From contig OZ038378.1 in NCBI GenBank assembly GCA_964036045.1, positions 182,280,001 through 182,344,000 on the forward strand: a stretch of DNA of 64,000 nt, given 5' to 3'. The notes under the pieces were generated by a model. It was given only the letters and a program-made list of their open reading frames with translations, did no database searches and was not told where the DNA came from. Source of the stretch: Eutreptiella sp. 'Long Island Sound 2002' (lineage: Eukaryota > Protista > Euglenida). Made by a program: the position numbers and the translations under genes. Within the stretch, counting starts at the first letter, position 1. Every line of letters begins with the position of its first letter. This document shows, piece after piece, positions 60,034-64,000 of this stretch.

Positions 60034-60380
60034 GCACAGCACAGCACAGCACAGCACAGCACAGCACAGCACAGCACAGCAGGAGCTACGCCTGCACCAG
60101 CATGCGGAGCGAGAGGGGGTACAGCGGGAACTCCTGGAGTAAGGACGGTCGCCAGGGGGGTGACGACCAGGTCTTCCCGGCTCCCCCTCCCTCCGCCAGA
60201 ATCCCCACACTTACACACGGCGCGCACACGACACACACAGCCCCGCCCGTTTACCTGTACCCGTGGGTAGACATCCCGGCCATTGCCTTCTGGTAACAGC
60301 GCCTTCGGCACAGCACAGCACAGCACAGCACAGCACAGCACAGCACAGCACAGCACAGCACAGCACAGCACAGCACAGCG
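60034..60380. repeat. Two (CAGCA)n microsatellites (60034-60080 and 60308-60379)
   Basis: Read directly from the sequence. Confidence 0.95.
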
Positions 60381-62034
60381 CACCATCATTACCACGACAG
60401 TACATCTTCCCCATGGGGGGCACTCAGGCTCAGACGCTGACACCAACACCCACCCTAACCTTTTGGGCCCTGTGGGGTGGGGGTGTGGGTGGGTGGAAGG
60501 GTCCTGGGGGGGGGGGGCGCCGGGCTGCAGTCCCGGGTACCCCAACAGACATACCTCAAAATGCCTCGTCGCACTGATCATTTTTGAAAACACATATTTG
60601 GGGGTTTTGAAAAAACAATTTCAGCCCTCTGGGGGGGTCTGGTCCCAGCAGCCAAGTGTTGGGGGCTGGATGGGGGAGGGCAGGGGTCTGAACAAATATT
60701 CATGTTTTGCATACGTATTTGGATTCCCCAAGAAATTCTGAGCATTTTGAGTGTGCACACATGGGGTAACAACGCAGGCTTACCCCTCACCATATGCTGA
60801 AAATTTCCGGCGCCTTCGGCGCCAAATTTGAGCCAGATGTGGTCCCGACCTCCTCAACGTTTTGGACCTCTGGGGAAATTGGTAGTGGTAGTGGTAGTGA
60901 GCCCGGGCGTGTACGGGCACCGCATAACAGTTGCGACCAGCCCCCGGCCCCGACCTTCCGGGACGGCAGCTGTGACCCGATTCCCTAGCAGACATGTACA
61001 CGGGCCGGGGCATGCCTTGAGGACTTCCGGGCGTTTGCCACATGCGTGGTACAACATGTGCTCCCTGATGCCGGGTGAGAAAGGATGGTAGGGGGCTGGA
61101 CAAAGAACTGGGATTTCCATGTGTTTGTCTCAGGTGGGGTACAACTTGTGCTCCCAGGATTCGTACTGGGGGTTCCTGGATGCGTGGCTGGATGCATAAC
61201 CACTCAACCACTGGGACCCGTGCTAGAAAATAGCGCGGGGTAAACCGGGACTTCCTGGCGTTTGTCTCGGGGTGGGGTTTTACTTGTGATCCTGGGACCG
61301 GTCGAGGCCTTGTTGCTGGGGGGGGGGGGGGGCACCCATCCTTTCTCCCTGGCCTCCTCTTTTCCCCGGGGGGGGGGGGGGGCAAAAGCCTGCCGCCCCG
61401 TTTCCTGGCTCCCAACCGGGGGCCAGCCCACGGCCTGCACCCTCGCTTTGTGGTGGCTTAAATTTGGGCTGACAGAGCTCTGGGGAAATTGGGAGACGGG
61501 TGGGGGGTGGGGGTGTCAGGTCTGAGCCCGAGTGCCCCCCATGATCTTCCCCAAACAGCATCAGAAGGCCATGGTCGTGCCACAACATGCTCAAACAACG
61601 ACCTGCGCATGGCGGAGCTAGCCCTCTGGTTCAATGCACCATATCACCAACACAAAGCACGGCACACGGCTGCTTCGCATGCCCGGCGTCTTAAGAAGTA
61701 CACACGGTGGCAGCGCAGCCTCACAGCGCGGGTGCCCATCAAAAGTCGATTGAACGGTCCAATGGGACAGTTCTCTGAAGTCTGTGACACCTTTCCTCTG
61801 CCGTAGCGGCGACAGCCTCAAGACAGTATGCACCGCACAGTGCCTTGCTTTGACCTTGCAATGCATCCGCCATCTGCAGCAAATCTGACGCTGCAAATGG
61901 GGCGATGAATTGTTTCTTGGCCCTTTGGGCTCATAAACGCCGGCTGCTTGGGTGCCACTTAGACAATCGCATCCATGCAGAGATCCCTTGAGCCACGACC
62001 ACAACCAATGCCACCACATGAGGCCACATGACAC

Positions 62035-62175
62035 CTCGAACTCCAAGCGTTGAAGCTCCAATTGTACGCTTTGGCAGGCCACGGCATGGAAGAAGACATT
62101 CTTGGGAGCAAGGCCGTTGAAGAAGGAATACATTCCACCGGGTCGCAAAATGTCCGGCAGGATATCATGGAAGTC
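62035..62175 (-). CDS. RMT2: RMT2-type (type IV, GAMT-like) arginine methyltransferase, internal exon; 5' exons lie outside the window
   Basis: cctag|DFHDILPDILRPGGMYSFFNGLAPKNVFFHAVACQSVQLELQRLEFE|gtgtca; matches the recalled Rmt2 L.P.G..SFFNGL motif. Confidence 0.85.
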
Positions 62176-64000
62176 CTAGGCGCATGCGGCAGGTGCGGGG
62201 TTGCACATTAGGCTGGCTGCAGTGCTGACTCCATGCCATACCCCTGTGTGTACATATCCCTCACTTGGTGGGTTCCATACCGAAACATCCTTCTGCCGTT
62301 CTGGCACACCCCTGCTGCCCTGGAAAAAAAAGCAAACCGAACCAGCAGCAGTACGTTCACACGGTGTTGCTTGCTGAATGCTGATGCTGCTTCTGCAAAG
62401 GATGTGAAGACGTGGGGCTGGGGGGGGGGGGGGGCTCATTTGCTCTGCGGTGTGCTGATAAGACCGGTACGTTAACGTGTAGTACATAATGCGTCCAGTT
62501 TCATGTCCAGCGTCAGTGATTTTGTTTGAATCTGCTTGTAATTGGTCCGTCCTCGGGGTGTTTGGTGAGTCTTAGACGAGTTCAGGGCGTAATATTGTGA
62601 GCAATAGTGCGACATATGTCGTGCTGCTCACATTTGCCCACTTGCAAATGCACTCCTCTGCCAGCGCTGACAGGCTTCACAGCCATTCCCAAACTGGAAG
62701 GTTGCATCACCGGAGGTGTGCTGCTCCACGCATTTTGCCGCAGGTCAGGTGCTTCCAGACGGTGCGCTGAGGATCGCTGGACCCTGGATCCCAGGTGCAG
62801 CACAGTAAGCGACCAGGGTTGTTTGATGCTGATCCATGCCTGCAGAGCATGGTGGTGACCTGGTTTTCCTGTGCCCATTCCTGTAGCCATAATCCCACCC
62901 TGAACCCTGGGGGCCTGAGACTCCGGTTGTTGCAAAGGCTGAGGGTCCAGACACTCAGGACGGATGTAAAATAGAGCCCATTGCATTTGCCATCCGCTCC
63001 GTGGGTGTGTACACCTGCCCGCAATGTTGTTGGGATGCACAGCTGTACACTTCTTCATCCCGTGCCACGCACACGGACGGGGGAGGTTCCGGGCGTGGGC
63101 AAGGCACGCCAACTGTGTACGTCGCTCCCCCTCAACAGGCATCAACACAGCCTGTCTATGAACCCCCTGCACACAAATTGTGATGACACGGATGGCAGCA
63201 ATACACTTCAACCCACTTTGCACCCAACAAACTGGGTACATTGTGCGAAAGCAGGAATAATGACTGGGGTTCGACGTGTTTGGCAAACTACAAAACTGTG
63301 CACTGCATGTGCACAGTTTTTTTTCGGGGGGGGGGGGGGGGGTAAGACACAGCTGGGAATGGGGGAGGGGGCTTGATCAGTCACCCACCGGAGCCACATA
63401 ACGAGTTTGCTCGCCAAGGTGCCCACAGAGGAGTTTGCTTTGGGCACTCCCCTGTCTTTTTTGGGACATGCCCGGGATTTTGGAGGGTAAGATTCCCCAA
63501 CAGCGAGGGGCCAGAGATCCATTTGAAGGATCTACAGGTCAGGGAGGGCGTTCGAGCCCACTTTCTGGACCCCCCCCCCTTCGCAAACGTGCCACGTGAT
63601 CGAAGCCTAAAACAAGCCCCAGAGAGCGATCCCGCAGCGGGTGTGGGCACGTCACACACGTCCCTTGTTCTCGCAGCGCAGAGATAATGTCGAGGTATGT
63701 GTGGACGTGATACCATGTTCCGGATGTTCAGATTTGTATTCATTGGCCGTGGCGTCTCCCACCCCTCGACCCATGCCGTGGCAACCTGCGACACTTGTTT
63801 TAGAGGCTGGGCGTTCCGGTTCCTCAACCCACGAAAAAGACATCAAATAGATAAAAAGTGCTCAGGCTTCCGAGAGACGGCACGGTGTGCCCAGATTCGG
63901 GTTTTCCAGCCCTCAATGTGCCCCATGGACTCCCCTGGGGCACACATGCTCGTGGGACCTTCAAGCACTCTGGAGGGTTCCGGTGCGGCCGTCGCGATCC

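Noticed and set aside
63700-63790. Candidate upstream RMT2 exon (VATAWVEGWETP...)
   Set aside because: Lacks the expected FDGI.FDT motif that should precede DFH; true upstream exons are probably beyond 64000.

Overview
Eukaryotic, intron-rich nuclear DNA, most likely from a photosynthetic euglenid (inferred from a chlorophyll-b-cycle enzyme with a two-transmembrane class-I plastid presequence). I reconstructed gene models by hand from GT-AG sites with consistent phases. (1) A complete 9-exon HCAR gene (7-hydroxymethyl chlorophyll a reductase, minus strand, 27797->3581, 638 aa). (2) Inside its 14.5-kb intron 5 is an apparently intact 10.9-kb Kyakuja-Dileera-Zisupton (KDZ)-type DNA transposon (8541-19407). 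It has an 8-bp target-site duplication (CCCCCAGT), 25-bp subterminal inverted repeats, TAAGAC-motif arrays at both ends, a CxC5/CxC6/KDZ transposase with an unrecognised C-terminal region, a small Cys-rich ORF and several internal minisatellites. The same intron holds decayed LINE and possible RAG1/Transib-like relics. (3) A 17-exon two-domain PRMT7-like region (minus strand, 58018->34254, 740 aa) with no start codon of its own. It appears to be spliced in frame to (4) the 3' exons of an RMT2-type arginine methyltransferase whose 5' end lies beyond the window, suggesting an RMT2-PRMT7 fusion. The rest is dispersed repeat families, MITE-like elements and microsatellites. Most ORFs in the supplied track are spurious. 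No rRNA, canonical tRNA or CRISPR array was found.
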